Origin: Bordetella parapertussis
GTDB taxonomy: Bacteria > Pseudomonadota > Gammaproteobacteria > Burkholderiales > SG8-39
Direction of reading: 5' to 3'
Length of the DNA stretch: 64,000 bases
NCBI GenBank assembly: GCA_945861875.1
Contig: CAMAWC010000005.1
Coordinates: forward strand, 684-64,683
The position numbers were made by a program, and so were the translations under genes. Under the pieces are notes generated by a model. That model was given only the letters and a program-made list of their open reading frames with translations, did not search any database and was not told where the DNA came from. Shown here piece by piece: positions 36,225 to 45,972 of the stretch (position 1 is its first letter; each line of letters starts with the position of its first letter).

Positions 36225-38456
36225 TTATCGCCGCACCGCGCTTTGCACATCGGCCACCCCGCGCACCTGCGCCAGCACACGCCGCAACTGCCCGACATCG
36301 GCAATGTCAAGTGTGAAATGCATGGTGGCGATGTTGTTGCGCGACTGGGTATTGGCCGCCGTGACATTGATTTTTTCGCGTGACAACACCTCGGACACAT
36401 CACGCAGCAGGCCGTGGCGATCAGAGGCGCGCACCACGATGTCGACCGGAAAGACGCCGGCCCCTGACATTTGCCGGCCCCAGTCGGCGGCGATAATGCG
36501 CTCGGGCCGGATCTCGCGCAGGCGTGCCGCGCTGGCACAACTGGCACGGTGGATCGAAATTCCGCGGCCGCGCGTCACAAACCCGACGATCTCATCGGGT
36601 GGCGCCGGCTTGCAGCAGCGCGCGAGCTGGGTCATCAGCCGGTCAACACCGACAATCAGGATGCCGCTGCCCGGATCGTCGGCCCGGCTCTGGTGGGTCT
36701 TCAACTGGTCAGCCTGCGCCGCCTCGCCGCCCGCGTCCCCGCGCAGCGCCAGTTGCAGGGCGCGCGAACCGATTTCGTCGCGGCCGACGGCGGCGAACAA
36801 GTCCTCGGCGCGCGCCAGGTCTAACTCACCGGCGAGTTCGTCGAGATTGACCCCGGTCCTGCCCTCGCGCTGCATTTCACGCTCAACCACCGCACGGCCG
36901 TTGGCGATGGTCTCTCCCAGTGCCTGGCTGTTGAACCACTGGCGCACCTTGTGGCGGGCGCGCGAACTACCCACCAGGCCGAGCGCCGGGTTGAGCCAGT
37001 CGCGGCTGGGTCCGCCGCTCTTGGCGCTGATGATCTCGACGCGCTGGCCGTTGGCAAGCCGTGTATCGAGCGCAACCATCACGCCATCGACGCGCGCGCC
37101 GCGACAGCGGTGCCCCAGGTCGGTATGCAAGGCATAGGCAAAGTCCACCGGCGTCGCGCCGGCCGGCAGGTCGAGCACCCGCCCCTGCGGCGTCAGCACA
37201 TACACCGTGTCATCGAGCGCCGCCTGCTTGGACTGTTCGATCCAGTCGGACGCGTCGACGATGTCATCGCGCCAGGCGAGCACCTGGCGCAACCAGGCGA
37301 TTTTTTCATCAAAGGCGTCGCCACCGCCCTTGGCGCCGTCGGGACGCGCCCCTTCCTTGTATTTCCAGTGCGCCGCCACGCCCAGTTCGGCGTGGCGGTG
37401 CATGTCGCGGGTGCGGATCTGGATTTCCAGGCCGCGGTCATCGGGCCCGCCCACCGCCGTGTGCAACGAGCGGTAATCATTGGCCTTGGGGCGTGAAATA
37501 TAGTCGTCAAACTCGCCCGGAATGGGTTGCCACAGGTCGTGCACCACGCCGAGCACGGCATAGCAATCCCTGACCTCGTCTACCAGCACGCGCAACCCGC
37601 GCAGGTCATACAAGTCATCGAAGCCGAGCGCCTTGGCGCGCATCTTGTTCCAGATGCTGTACAGGTGCTTGGGCCTGCCGCTGATCTCGGCCTTGATGCC
37701 GGCTGATGCAAGTGCCTCACCCAACTGCTTTTCCACACTGGCGATAAATCCCTCGCGCGCGCCGCGTGTTTCGTCCAGACGCCGGGCGATGTCCTTGTAT
37801 GCGGCCGGCTCGAGGTAGCGGAAGGACAAGTCCTCCATTTCCCACTTGAGCTGCCACACCCCGAGACGGTTGGCGAGCGGCGCATAAACGTCCAGCGTCT
37901 CCTGCGCGACGGCCCGCTGTTCTGACTCGGGCGCGCAGGCCAGATAGCGCAGCGACTGGGTGCGGCTGGCCAGGCGCAACAACACCACGCGAATATCGGC
38001 AACCATGGCGAGCAGCATTTTGCGCAGCACCTCGGCCTGCGAACGCCTGCCGCCGGAACTCAGACCCAGCGTGTCAAGTCCGCGCGTCACCACGCGCATG
38101 CTGTTGAGGCGCGCCACGCCGGCGACCAGGTCCGCCACCGTCTTGTCAAACTGCGCTTCGAGCACCTCGCCGCTGTCGGCAAGGCAATCGGGAATATCGA
38201 AAAGCAGCCCGGCGGCGCGCGTCTCGCCGTCAAGGCGCAGCGTGGCCAGGCTTTGCGCCATGCCCAGCGCATGCGTCATCGCCGGCTCGCCGGTTCCGAG
38301 TTTTTTGCCGGCGTAATGGCCGAGGGCAAATGCGTGGGCGCGCAGCACGCGCTCGCGCTCGTCCGTTGCAAGACCTTCAAGCATGGCCTCGGGAAGGGTC
38401 TCTCCCGTGACTTTGGCTGGATCGCCCGGCGCGGCGGGCTGGTTCATGGCCGGCAT
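36225..38456 (-). CDS. relA: RelA/SpoT family (p)ppGpp synthetase; RelA-like, with a degenerate HD motif
   Basis: Synthetase, TGS and ACT regions are recognisable. The N-domain has LLFDI where SpoT has LLHD. The start is uncertain (38495, 38456 or 38447). Confidence 0.88.
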   Translation of the reverse strand: MPAMNQPAAPGDPAKVTGETLPEAMLEGLATDERERVLRAHAFALGHYAGKKLGTGEPAMTHALGMAQSLATLRLDGETRAAGLLFDIPDCLADSGEVLEAQFDKTVADLVAGVARLNSMRVVTRGLDTLGLSSGGRRSQAEVLRKMLLAMVADIRVVLLRLASRTQSLRYLACAPESEQRAVAQETLDVYAPLANRLGVWQLKWEMEDLSFRYLEPAAYKDIARRLDETRGAREGFIASVEKQLGEALASAGIKAEISGRPKHLYSIWNKMRAKALGFDDLYDLRGLRVLVDEVRDCYAVLGVVHDLWQPIPGEFDDYISRPKANDYRSLHTAVGGPDDRGLEIQIRTRDMHRHAELGVAAHWKYKEGARPDGAKGGGDAFDEKIAWLRQVLAWRDDIVDASDWIEQSKQAALDDTVYVLTPQGRVLDLPAGATPVDFAYALHTDLGHRCRGARVDGVMVALDTRLANGQRVEIISAKSGGPSRDWLNPALGLVGSSRARHKVRQWFNSQALGETIANGRAVVEREMQREGRTGVNLDELAGELDLARAEDLFAAVGRDEIGSRALQLALRGDAGGEAAQADQLKTHQSRADDPGSGILIVGVDRLMTQLARCCKPAPPDEIVGFVTRGRGISIHRASCASAARLREIRPERIIAADWGRQMSGAGVFPVDIVVRASDRHGLLRDVSEVLSREKINVTAANTQSRNNIATMHFTLDIADVGQLRRVLAQVRGVADVQSAVRR

Positions 38457-38554
38457 GGCCCGATTATACGACCCACCCGACGCCCTCCCCGCCACGGCAA
38501 TGCACGCGCAGGCGAAAGCCGGAACGGCCTGTCTCTGCTAGGCTTCGCGCCAAC

Positions 38555-40282
38555 ATGACAAGCACGGCAGACAAATTCCGCGACACCCCGGTGGCCATTG
38601 TCGGCGGCGGCCCGGTCGGGCTGATGCTGGCGTTGTTCCTTGACCGCCACGGCGTGAAGAGCACGGTGTTCAACAACGAGCAGACTTCGCGCTGGCATCC
38701 CAAGGGCAGCACGCACAACTCGCGCACCATGGAGCACTACCGGCGCCTGGGCATATCAGCCCGGGTGCGCGGCCTCGGCCTGCCGACGGACCACCCGACG
38801 GACGTCGCCTACTTCACCCGCTACAACGCCTGGGAGCTGGCGCGCGTGGTAATGCCCTCTGAAGAGGAGAAAATGCGCGCCGTCATCGCCGCGCCGCGCA
38901 TCCACCAGAACTTCGAGCCCATCCACCGCGCCAACCAGATGTATGTCGAGCGATTCCTGCTCGAGCACGCGCGCACGCGGCCCAACATCAGCATGCGCTT
39001 TGGCTGGCAGGTCGGCGAGTTTGCCGAAACGGCGCAGGGCGTCAGTCTGCGCGCCGCGCGCGTTGCCGAAAATGCCGCTGCCGCCGACGACTACCTGGGC
39101 ACCACCTACGCCACAACAGGCGAATCCGAGGACTGGCATGCGCAATACCTCGTCGGCTGCGACGGCGGCCAGAGCCATGTACGCCGCAGCCTGGGCATAC
39201 GTTACGAGGGCCATGACACGCTCAACCAGGCCTTTCTTGGCGGCCGCATGGTGGCGAGCCACCTGCGCATACCGACTCTGGCGCGCGATTTCTTCGCCGG
39301 CCGGCGCGCCTGGCAATACTGGGTGGTTAACGCACAAATCCGCACCGCGCTGGTGTCACTCAACGGCACGGACGAATTCCTCTACTGGACGCGGCTGCCC
39401 GAGGGCGCCACCCTCGACGAGGACGAAATCGCGCGCGGCGTGCGCCTTGCCTGCGGCGCCGACCTGCCGGTCGAAGTGCTGGGCAACCGCAACTGGACCG
39501 CCGGGGTCGCGCTGTGGGCCGAGCGCTTCTGGAGCGGCGGTCGTGTTTTCCTTGCCGGCGACGCAATTCACCTGTTCACCCCCACCGGCGGCTTTGGCAT
39601 GAACACCGGCATTGACGGCGCCGCCAACCTCGCCTGGAAACTTGCCGCGATGCTGCAGGGCTGGGGCGGCGGACAGCTGCTGGCGAGCTACGAGGCGGAA
39701 CGCAAACCCATCGCCGCGCGCAACACCACCGCGGCGCAAAAGCTCGCCAAGAACGTCGGCGCGGTACAGGTTTCGGCGGCAATGGAACAAAACAACGCCG
39801 CCGGCGTCAGCGCACGGCGCGATGCCGGCGACTACCTCGCCACCTTCGGCGAGGAGTTCGGCTCCATCGGCGTGCAACTGGGCGCCCGTTACGACGGCTC
39901 AAAACTGGTTGCGGAGGATGGCGCGCCTCCTGCCGACAGCTACACCGCCTACACGCCCAGCGGGGTGCCGGGCGGTCGCGCTCCGCATTTTTTTCTCGAC
40001 CCGCCGGGCATGCCGGCCCGCCGTTCCCTGTTTGACCTGTTTGGCGTTGGTTTCACCCTGCTGCGCCTCGCACCCGTGGCTGACGACGGTGGCGCCCTCG
40101 CGGCCGCGGCGCAACGCCGCGGCGTGCCTCTGCAGATCGTGGATGCCATTGACGAGGACGGGCGCGAACTCTACGGCAGCGACCTCGCGCTGATCCGCCC
40201 CGACCAGCATGTGGCCTGGCGCGGCAACAGCCTGCCCGCCGACGCCGATGCGCTGCTCGCCCGCGTTACCGGGCATACGTGA
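38555..40282 (+). CDS. FAD-dependent aromatic-ring monooxygenase (paralogue of 7801..9414)
   Basis: 575 aa with VAIVGGGPVGLMLALFLDRHG, GDAIH, and a C-terminal LIRPDQHVAWRG motif. Confidence 0.8.
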   Translation: MTSTADKFRDTPVAIVGGGPVGLMLALFLDRHGVKSTVFNNEQTSRWHPKGSTHNSRTMEHYRRLGISARVRGLGLPTDHPTDVAYFTRYNAWELARVVMPSEEEKMRAVIAAPRIHQNFEPIHRANQMYVERFLLEHARTRPNISMRFGWQVGEFAETAQGVSLRAARVAENAAAADDYLGTTYATTGESEDWHAQYLVGCDGGQSHVRRSLGIRYEGHDTLNQAFLGGRMVASHLRIPTLARDFFAGRRAWQYWVVNAQIRTALVSLNGTDEFLYWTRLPEGATLDEDEIARGVRLACGADLPVEVLGNRNWTAGVALWAERFWSGGRVFLAGDAIHLFTPTGGFGMNTGIDGAANLAWKLAAMLQGWGGGQLLASYEAERKPIAARNTTAAQKLAKNVGAVQVSAAMEQNNAAGVSARRDAGDYLATFGEEFGSIGVQLGARYDGSKLVAEDGAPPADSYTAYTPSGVPGGRAPHFFLDPPGMPARRSLFDLFGVGFTLLRLAPVADDGGALAAAAQRRGVPLQIVDAIDEDGRELYGSDLALIRPDQHVAWRGNSLPADADALLARVTGHT

Positions 40283-40374
40283 ACATGCCTCGATACCATG
40301 TCCTCGCAAGGGTTATTTCCCGGATAATTTTCGAGTAGACTCCGCAACTTCCCAAAAGCCCGGATTACTGCGCC

Positions 40375-40917
40375 ATGACACAGCCCAAACCTCCCGCCCC
40401 TGTGATTGACGACTCGCTCGGCGTATTGCCACGCTGGATTTTCATGAGCCGCTGGCTGCAGGCGCCGTTGTACATCGGCCTCATCGTCGCCCAGGGCGTC
40501 TACGTCTGGCAATTCTGGGTGGAACTGATCCATCTACTGTCCATTACCGCCACCAAGGGTGTCACCGAGGCCGAGATCATGCTGGTGGTGCTGGGCCTGA
40601 TTGACGTGGTGATGATCTCCAACCTGCTGGTGATGGTCATCATCGGCGGCTGGGAAACCTTTGTCTCGCGACTGGAACTGGAAAAACACCCGGACCAGCC
40701 CGAGTGGCTGTCCCACGTCAACGCCGGCGTGCTCAAGGTCAAGCTGGCCACCGCCATCATCGGCATCTCGTCCATCCACCTGCTGAAAACCTTCATCAAC
40801 GCACAGAACTACGACGAGAAAACCCTGTTGTGGCAGACGGCCATCCACATCACCTTCGTGTTCTCGGCGATGGCCATCGCCTACACCGAAAAAATCACCC
40901 AGACGGCGCGCCACTAG
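40375..40917 (+). CDS. yqhA: YqhA / UPF0114 family membrane protein
   Basis: 180 aa with strong resemblance to E. coli YqhA (SRWLQAPLYIGL..., SSIHLLKTFI). Confidence 0.85.
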   Translation: MTQPKPPAPVIDDSLGVLPRWIFMSRWLQAPLYIGLIVAQGVYVWQFWVELIHLLSITATKGVTEAEIMLVVLGLIDVVMISNLLVMVIIGGWETFVSRLELEKHPDQPEWLSHVNAGVLKVKLATAIIGISSIHLLKTFINAQNYDEKTLLWQTAIHITFVFSAMAIAYTEKITQTARH

Positions 40918-42097
40918 CCGCGTCGCCGCGCGCGGGCGACGCCCACCAGCGCAGGACGGCGTAACCGGCGAGGCCGGACACCAGAGAACCGCCCAGCACG
41001 CCAAGGCGCACCAGCGTCATCACCATATCATCGGCGCTGTTAAAGGCGAGCGAGCCTATAAACAGGCTCATGGTGAAGCCGATGCCGCACAGGAGGGAAA
41101 CGCCGAAAAACTGCATACGGCTGGCACCCTGAGGCAGCGCGCCCCAGCCCAGCCGGATCATCAGCACACAGGCGGCGCCAATGCCCAGCGGCTTGCCCAG
41201 GATGAGGCCCGCGGCGATGCCCAGCGGCACCCCCTCGGACAGTATCGCCGGCGTTACTCCGGCGAGCGGCACGCCGGCGTTGAAAAACGCAAACACCGGC
41301 AGCACACCAAAGGCGACCCAGGGTTGCAGTTTGTGCTCGATTTGCAGCAAGGGTGACTCGCCTTCGGCATTGCGCGCACGCAGCGGCACCGCCAGCGCGC
41401 ACACCACACCGGCGAGGGTCGCATGCACCCCCGACTTGAGCACGCATACCCACAAGATGATCCCGACGAGGAAATAACCACCCATGCGGGTGACCCCGGC
41501 AAGGTTCAACACCGCCAGCGCCACCACCCCCGCACCGGCCAGCGCGATCATGCTCATTGAAAGATTGTCGGTGTAAAAAATCGCAATGATGACGATCGCG
41601 CCCAGGTCATCAATGATCGCCACCGCGGTAAGGAAAATCTTCAGCGACACCGGCACACGCCGTCCGAGCAGCAACAACACGCCAAGGGCAAAGGCGATAT
41701 CCGTGGCGGTCGGGATGGCCCAGCCGTGCATTGCAACCTTGTCACCCGCATTGAACAGCAAGTAGATCAGGGCGGGAACCACCATGCCGCCGACCGCGGC
41801 AGCCACCGGCAATGCCGCCTTGGCCGGGCTGGACAGTTCGCCTTGCAGCAACTCGCGCTTGATTTCCAGGCCGACGAGAAAAAAGAAAGCCGCCATCAGC
41901 CCGTCGTTGACCCACAACAACAACGGCTTGGCAATTTGCAACGATCCGGCCTGCACCGCCACGGGCAACTCGAGCAGCACGCCATAAACACTTTCCCACG
42001 GCGAGTTGCGCACCAACAGTGCGCACAGCGCGGCGAACATGATCACCAGTCCGCCCGCCGCCTCGTGTTCAAAAAACCTTCTGATTGCCCTGCTCAT
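40895..42097 (-). CDS. nhaA: Na+/H+ antiporter NhaA
   Basis: 400 aa with FFFLVGLEIKRE and IIDDLGAI motifs. It overlaps the 3' end of yqhA by 23 nt (convergent genes). Confidence 0.93.
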   Translation of the reverse strand: MSRAIRRFFEHEAAGGLVIMFAALCALLVRNSPWESVYGVLLELPVAVQAGSLQIAKPLLLWVNDGLMAAFFFLVGLEIKRELLQGELSSPAKAALPVAAAVGGMVVPALIYLLFNAGDKVAMHGWAIPTATDIAFALGVLLLLGRRVPVSLKIFLTAVAIIDDLGAIVIIAIFYTDNLSMSMIALAGAGVVALAVLNLAGVTRMGGYFLVGIILWVCVLKSGVHATLAGVVCALAVPLRARNAEGESPLLQIEHKLQPWVAFGVLPVFAFFNAGVPLAGVTPAILSEGVPLGIAAGLILGKPLGIGAACVLMIRLGWGALPQGASRMQFFGVSLLCGIGFTMSLFIGSLAFNSADDMVMTLVRLGVLGGSLVSGLAGYAVLRWWASPARGDAASGAPSG

Positions 42098-42193
42098 TCC
42101 CGTCTCCAGCCGCGCGCCGCGGCAGCGAGCCGGAGTATACTTGCAATGCTTCCGAAGTCACACCCCTCCTACACCGCCGCTCCAAGGACCGCC

Positions 42194-43720
42194 ATGACCG
42201 TCATCAAAGCCGAAGACCTGATCCAGAGCATCGCCGACGCGCTGCAATACATCAGCTACTACCATCCAAAGGATTACATCCAGCACCTGGCCCGCGCCTA
42301 CGAGCGCGAGCAGGCGCCGGCGGCCAAGGACGCAATCGCGCAAATCCTCACCAATTCGCGCATGAGCGCCGAGGGTCACCGGCCGATATGCCAGGACACG
42401 GGCATCGTCAACGTCTACCTGAAAATCGGCATGGACGTGCGCTTCGAGGGCGTCAAGGGCGCGCTCGCCGACGTGGTGAACGAAGGCGTGCACCGCGCCT
42501 ACATGAACCCGGACAATCCGCTGCGCGGCTCGGTGCTGGCCGACCCGATATTCACGCGCAAGAACACCAAGGACAACACGCCGGCGGTGATCCACATCGA
42601 CCTGGTGGCCGGAGACAAGCTCGATGTCACGGTGGCGGCCAAGGGCGGCGGCTCGGAAGCCAAGTCCAAGTTTGTCATGCTCAACCCGTCCGATTCCATC
42701 GTCGACTGGGTGGTGAAGACGGTGCCCAGCATGGGCGCCGGCTGGTGCCCGCCGGGCATCCTCGGCATAGGCGTGGGCGGCACTGCTGAAAAAGCCATGA
42801 TGATGGCCAAGGAGGTGCTGATGGAGCCCATCGACATGCATGAGCTGCTGGCGCGCGGGCCGAAGAACAAGACCGAGGAGATGCGCATCGAGCTCTTTAC
42901 CAAGGTCAACGCGCTGGGCATAGGCGCGCAAGGCCTCGGCGGCCTGTCCACTGTGCTCGATGTAAAAATACTGGACTACCCGACGCACGCGGCGAACAAG
43001 CCCGTCGCCATGATCCCCAACTGTGCCGCGACGCGCCACGCACACTTTGTGCTCGACGGCTCCGGTGCGGTCTCGCTTGACCCGCCCTCGCTTAGCGACT
43101 GGCCCAAGGTCACCTGGGCGCCGGCCGCCTCGGCCAAGCGCGTCAACCTTGACACCCTCACGCCGGCCGAAGTCACCGCCTGGAAGCAAGGCGACATCCT
43201 GCTCTTGTCGGGCAAGATGCTCACCGGCCGCGACGCCGCGCACAAGCGCATCGCCGACATGCTGGAAAAAGGCGAGAAGCTCCCCGTGGATTTCACCAAC
43301 CGCGTCATTTATTACGTCGGCCCGGTCGATCCGGTGCGCGACGAGGTGGTCGGCCCGGCCGGCCCCACCACCGCCACGCGCATGGACAAATTCACCGAGA
43401 CCATGCTCGGCAAGACCGGCCTCATCAGCATGATAGGCAAGGCCGAGCGCGGCCCGGTTGCAATCGAATCGATCAAGAAACACAAGGCCGCCTACCTGAT
43501 GGCCGTCGGCGGCGCCGCCTACCTCGTGGCCAAGGCGATCAAGAAACAAAAAGTGCTGGCTTTTGCCGACCTCGGCATGGAAGCCATTTATGAATTTGAA
43601 GTAAAAGACATGCCGGTTACCGTGGCGGTCGATTCGGGCGGCAACTCGGCGCATATCAGCGGCCCGGCCGAATGGGAAAAGCGCATTCGCGAATTCAAGA
43701 TTCCGGTCAACGTCGCCTGA
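42194..43720 (+). CDS. fumA: Class I (Fe-S) fumarate hydratase
   Basis: Track ORF 41726..43720 trimmed to MTVIKAEDLIQSIADALQYISYYHPKDY.... Motif CQDTGIV. 508 aa. Confidence 0.92.
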   Translation: MTVIKAEDLIQSIADALQYISYYHPKDYIQHLARAYEREQAPAAKDAIAQILTNSRMSAEGHRPICQDTGIVNVYLKIGMDVRFEGVKGALADVVNEGVHRAYMNPDNPLRGSVLADPIFTRKNTKDNTPAVIHIDLVAGDKLDVTVAAKGGGSEAKSKFVMLNPSDSIVDWVVKTVPSMGAGWCPPGILGIGVGGTAEKAMMMAKEVLMEPIDMHELLARGPKNKTEEMRIELFTKVNALGIGAQGLGGLSTVLDVKILDYPTHAANKPVAMIPNCAATRHAHFVLDGSGAVSLDPPSLSDWPKVTWAPAASAKRVNLDTLTPAEVTAWKQGDILLLSGKMLTGRDAAHKRIADMLEKGEKLPVDFTNRVIYYVGPVDPVRDEVVGPAGPTTATRMDKFTETMLGKTGLISMIGKAERGPVAIESIKKHKAAYLMAVGGAAYLVAKAIKKQKVLAFADLGMEAIYEFEVKDMPVTVAVDSGGNSAHISGPAEWEKRIREFKIPVNVA

Positions 43721-43780
43721 GCCCTTCACTTTTCACTTTTCACCTTTCCCCCTTCTGCGTTTTTTCACGGAGCAGCACAA

Positions 43781-44707
43781 TTGTTCAACCCCTTCAAGCA
43801 ACCCGAACTGATAGAAGCCAAGGTGTTCATGTCGATGCCGGCCAAGTTCCGCAAAAAATCGCGCTCGGCCTGGTCGGACCCCAACCGCCAGGGCGCCGAG
43901 GTCGAGTGCTTTCTTGAAGGGCCCTCCTTCGACCGCGACGGCAACCTGTGGTTTGTCGATATACCCTTCGGCCGCATTTTTCGCATTACGCCCAAGGGCG
44001 AATGGGAGCTGGTGACGCAATACGACGGCTGGCCCAACGGCCTGAAAATCCACAAGGACGGTCGCATTTTCATTTGCTGCTACAAGCAGGGCCTGCTGCT
44101 GCTCGACCCGAAAAGCGGCAAGATAGAAGTCGTGCTCGGCTCGATGTACAGCGAGGGCTTCAAAGGCCTTAACGACCTGCACTTTGCGCAAAACGGCGAC
44201 TTGTACTTCACCGACCAGGGCCAGACCGGCATCGCCGACCCGACCGGGCGGGTGTTTCGCCTGCGCGCCAACGGCCAACTCGACCGCCTCGCCATCAACG
44301 TACCCAGCCCCAACGGCATCACCCTCTCGACCACCGACAAGCATTGCTATGTCGCAGCGACGCGCTCGCAGCAAATCTGGCGCCTGCCGATCATGGCCGA
44401 CGGTTCGGTGTCCAAGACCGGCGTCGCCATCCAGCTCTCTGGCGGTGCTGCGGGCCCCGACGGCATCGAGATGGACAGTGAAAACGGCCTGCTGGTCTGT
44501 CACCTCGGCGTGGGCGTGTGGCGCTTTGACAGCAACATGCTGCCCACCCACCTGATCTACTCGAAAAATCCGCACCACCACCACCTCGCCAACATCGCCG
44601 CCGGCGGCCCGGACCGCAAGACGCTGTACATCACCGAATCACTCTCGGGTGACATCCTCACCGCCGAGTTGCCGGTGGCCGGCAAGAAAATGTTCGCGCA
44701 CCAGTAG
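43781..44707 (+). CDS. SMP-30/gluconolactonase/LRE family protein
   Basis: 308 aa, TTG start with GGAG 9 nt upstream. Beta-propeller-type repeats (GPSFDRDGNLWFVD, GPDGIEMD). Confidence 0.8.
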   Translation: MFNPFKQPELIEAKVFMSMPAKFRKKSRSAWSDPNRQGAEVECFLEGPSFDRDGNLWFVDIPFGRIFRITPKGEWELVTQYDGWPNGLKIHKDGRIFICCYKQGLLLLDPKSGKIEVVLGSMYSEGFKGLNDLHFAQNGDLYFTDQGQTGIADPTGRVFRLRANGQLDRLAINVPSPNGITLSTTDKHCYVAATRSQQIWRLPIMADGSVSKTGVAIQLSGGAAGPDGIEMDSENGLLVCHLGVGVWRFDSNMLPTHLIYSKNPHHHHLANIAAGGPDRKTLYITESLSGDILTAELPVAGKKMFAHQ

Positions 44708-44771
44708 GTGCCACCACAACGGAAAATCCATCCATCCGGCTGCAGAAGGATGGATGCCAGGGAGGAATCAA

Positions 44772-45743
44772 ATGAATTGCAATCGCCTGTGGGGCGCGTT
44801 GGCCGCGTTCACCGTTCTGCTTGCGCTGCCCTTGGCTGCGCAGGCGCAATACCCGAACAAGCCGGTCAGGCTGATGGTCGGCTACGCCGCCGGCAGTTCC
44901 ACCGACATCATCGGCCGCATCATGGCCGAACGCCTGTCGCTGTACTGGAAGCAGAACGTCTATGTCGAGAGCCGCGGCGGTGCCGCCGGCAACCTCGCCG
45001 CCGATGCCGTGGCAAAGGCAAGCGGCGATGGCTACACCCTGCTGTTTGCGCAGAATGGCCTCGCCATCAGCGCCGCGGCCATTCCCAACCTGCCGTTCAA
45101 GGCCGAGACCGACCTGCTGCCGCTGGTGCCGGTCACGGCAACGCCGCACATTCTCATCGTCGCGCCCGACTCGGGCATCAAGAACGTGCAGGAATTGATC
45201 GCCCGCGCCAAGGCCGAGCCAGGCAAGCTCGCATACGGCTCCTCCGGCATAGGCAACTCCGATCACCTGTGCGGCGAGCTGTTCAGCATGGTCGCCGGCA
45301 TACAGGCCATCCACGTCCCCTATAAAGGCGGGGCACCCGCAGCCACCGACCTGATGGGCGGACGCATCGCCTATTACTTCGCCGGCATGCCGGTGGGGCT
45401 GCCGCTGGCCAAATCAGGCCGCGCACCCGGCATCGCCGTCACCGGCAAGCAGCGCTTTCCCGGCGCGCCGGAGATTCCCACCGTCGCCGAGCAAGGCCTG
45501 CCCGAGTACGAGGCGACACTGTGGCAGGGATTTTTTGCCCCAGCCGCCATGCCCGCCGACCTCGCCGACAAAATTTCGCGCGACGTGCAGACGGTGCTCG
45601 CACAACCCGAAACCCGCGCCAAACTCGCCGCAGCCGGCGTTGCCCTGTTCGAGGACAGCCGCGCCAACTTCCAGCGCTTTTTTGTCGCCGAAATCGACAA
45701 ATGGCGGAACGTCGTGAAAAAGACCAATCTCAAACTGGAATAA
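44772..45743 (+). CDS. Bug family (TctC-like) tripartite tricarboxylate transporter substrate-binding protein
   Basis: Trimmed to MNCNRLWGALAAFTVLLALPLAAQAQYPNKPVRLMVGY.... GGAGG Shine-Dalgarno. Confidence 0.88.
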   Translation: MNCNRLWGALAAFTVLLALPLAAQAQYPNKPVRLMVGYAAGSSTDIIGRIMAERLSLYWKQNVYVESRGGAAGNLAADAVAKASGDGYTLLFAQNGLAISAAAIPNLPFKAETDLLPLVPVTATPHILIVAPDSGIKNVQELIARAKAEPGKLAYGSSGIGNSDHLCGELFSMVAGIQAIHVPYKGGAPAATDLMGGRIAYYFAGMPVGLPLAKSGRAPGIAVTGKQRFPGAPEIPTVAEQGLPEYEATLWQGFFAPAAMPADLADKISRDVQTVLAQPETRAKLAAAGVALFEDSRANFQRFFVAEIDKWRNVVKKTNLKLE

Positions 45744-45769
45744 GCGCAGTAGACAAAATTTGTCTCAGC

Positions 45770-45866
45770 TGTCATTGCGAGCGCAGCAAAGCAATCTCAT
45801 CGCCCCTGTGACGACAGTCGCAACACCACAAGATTGCCGCGTCGGCTTCGCCTCCTCGCAATGACA
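45770..45866. repeat. Inverted-repeat element of a second family (TGTCATTGCGAG ... CTCGCAATGACA)
   Basis: tgtcattgcgagcgcagcaaagcaatct at 45770-45797 and agattgccgcgtcggcttcgcctcctcgcaatgaca at 45831-45866 have complementary termini. Only one copy is in the window. Confidence 0.6.
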
Positions 45867-45972
45867 CGCAGAGACGATGACTGGAGATGCGCGCCAGTCA
45901 AGGCTTTCCAGTCATCGGTGTATTTTCTAGACGGCCACGCGCAGCGCCGCAACGTGAAAATACCAAGCGTGC

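Noticed and set aside
41726-42193. N-terminal 156-aa extension of the fumarase ORF, and analogous extensions of pgi (16242), rsgA (22571), the Bug genes (44649, 47235) and the Grx gene (48783)
   Set aside because: The extensions overlap neighbouring genes or repeats and lack homology-like sequence. Internal starts give canonical N-termini or signal peptides, often with a Shine-Dalgarno sequence.
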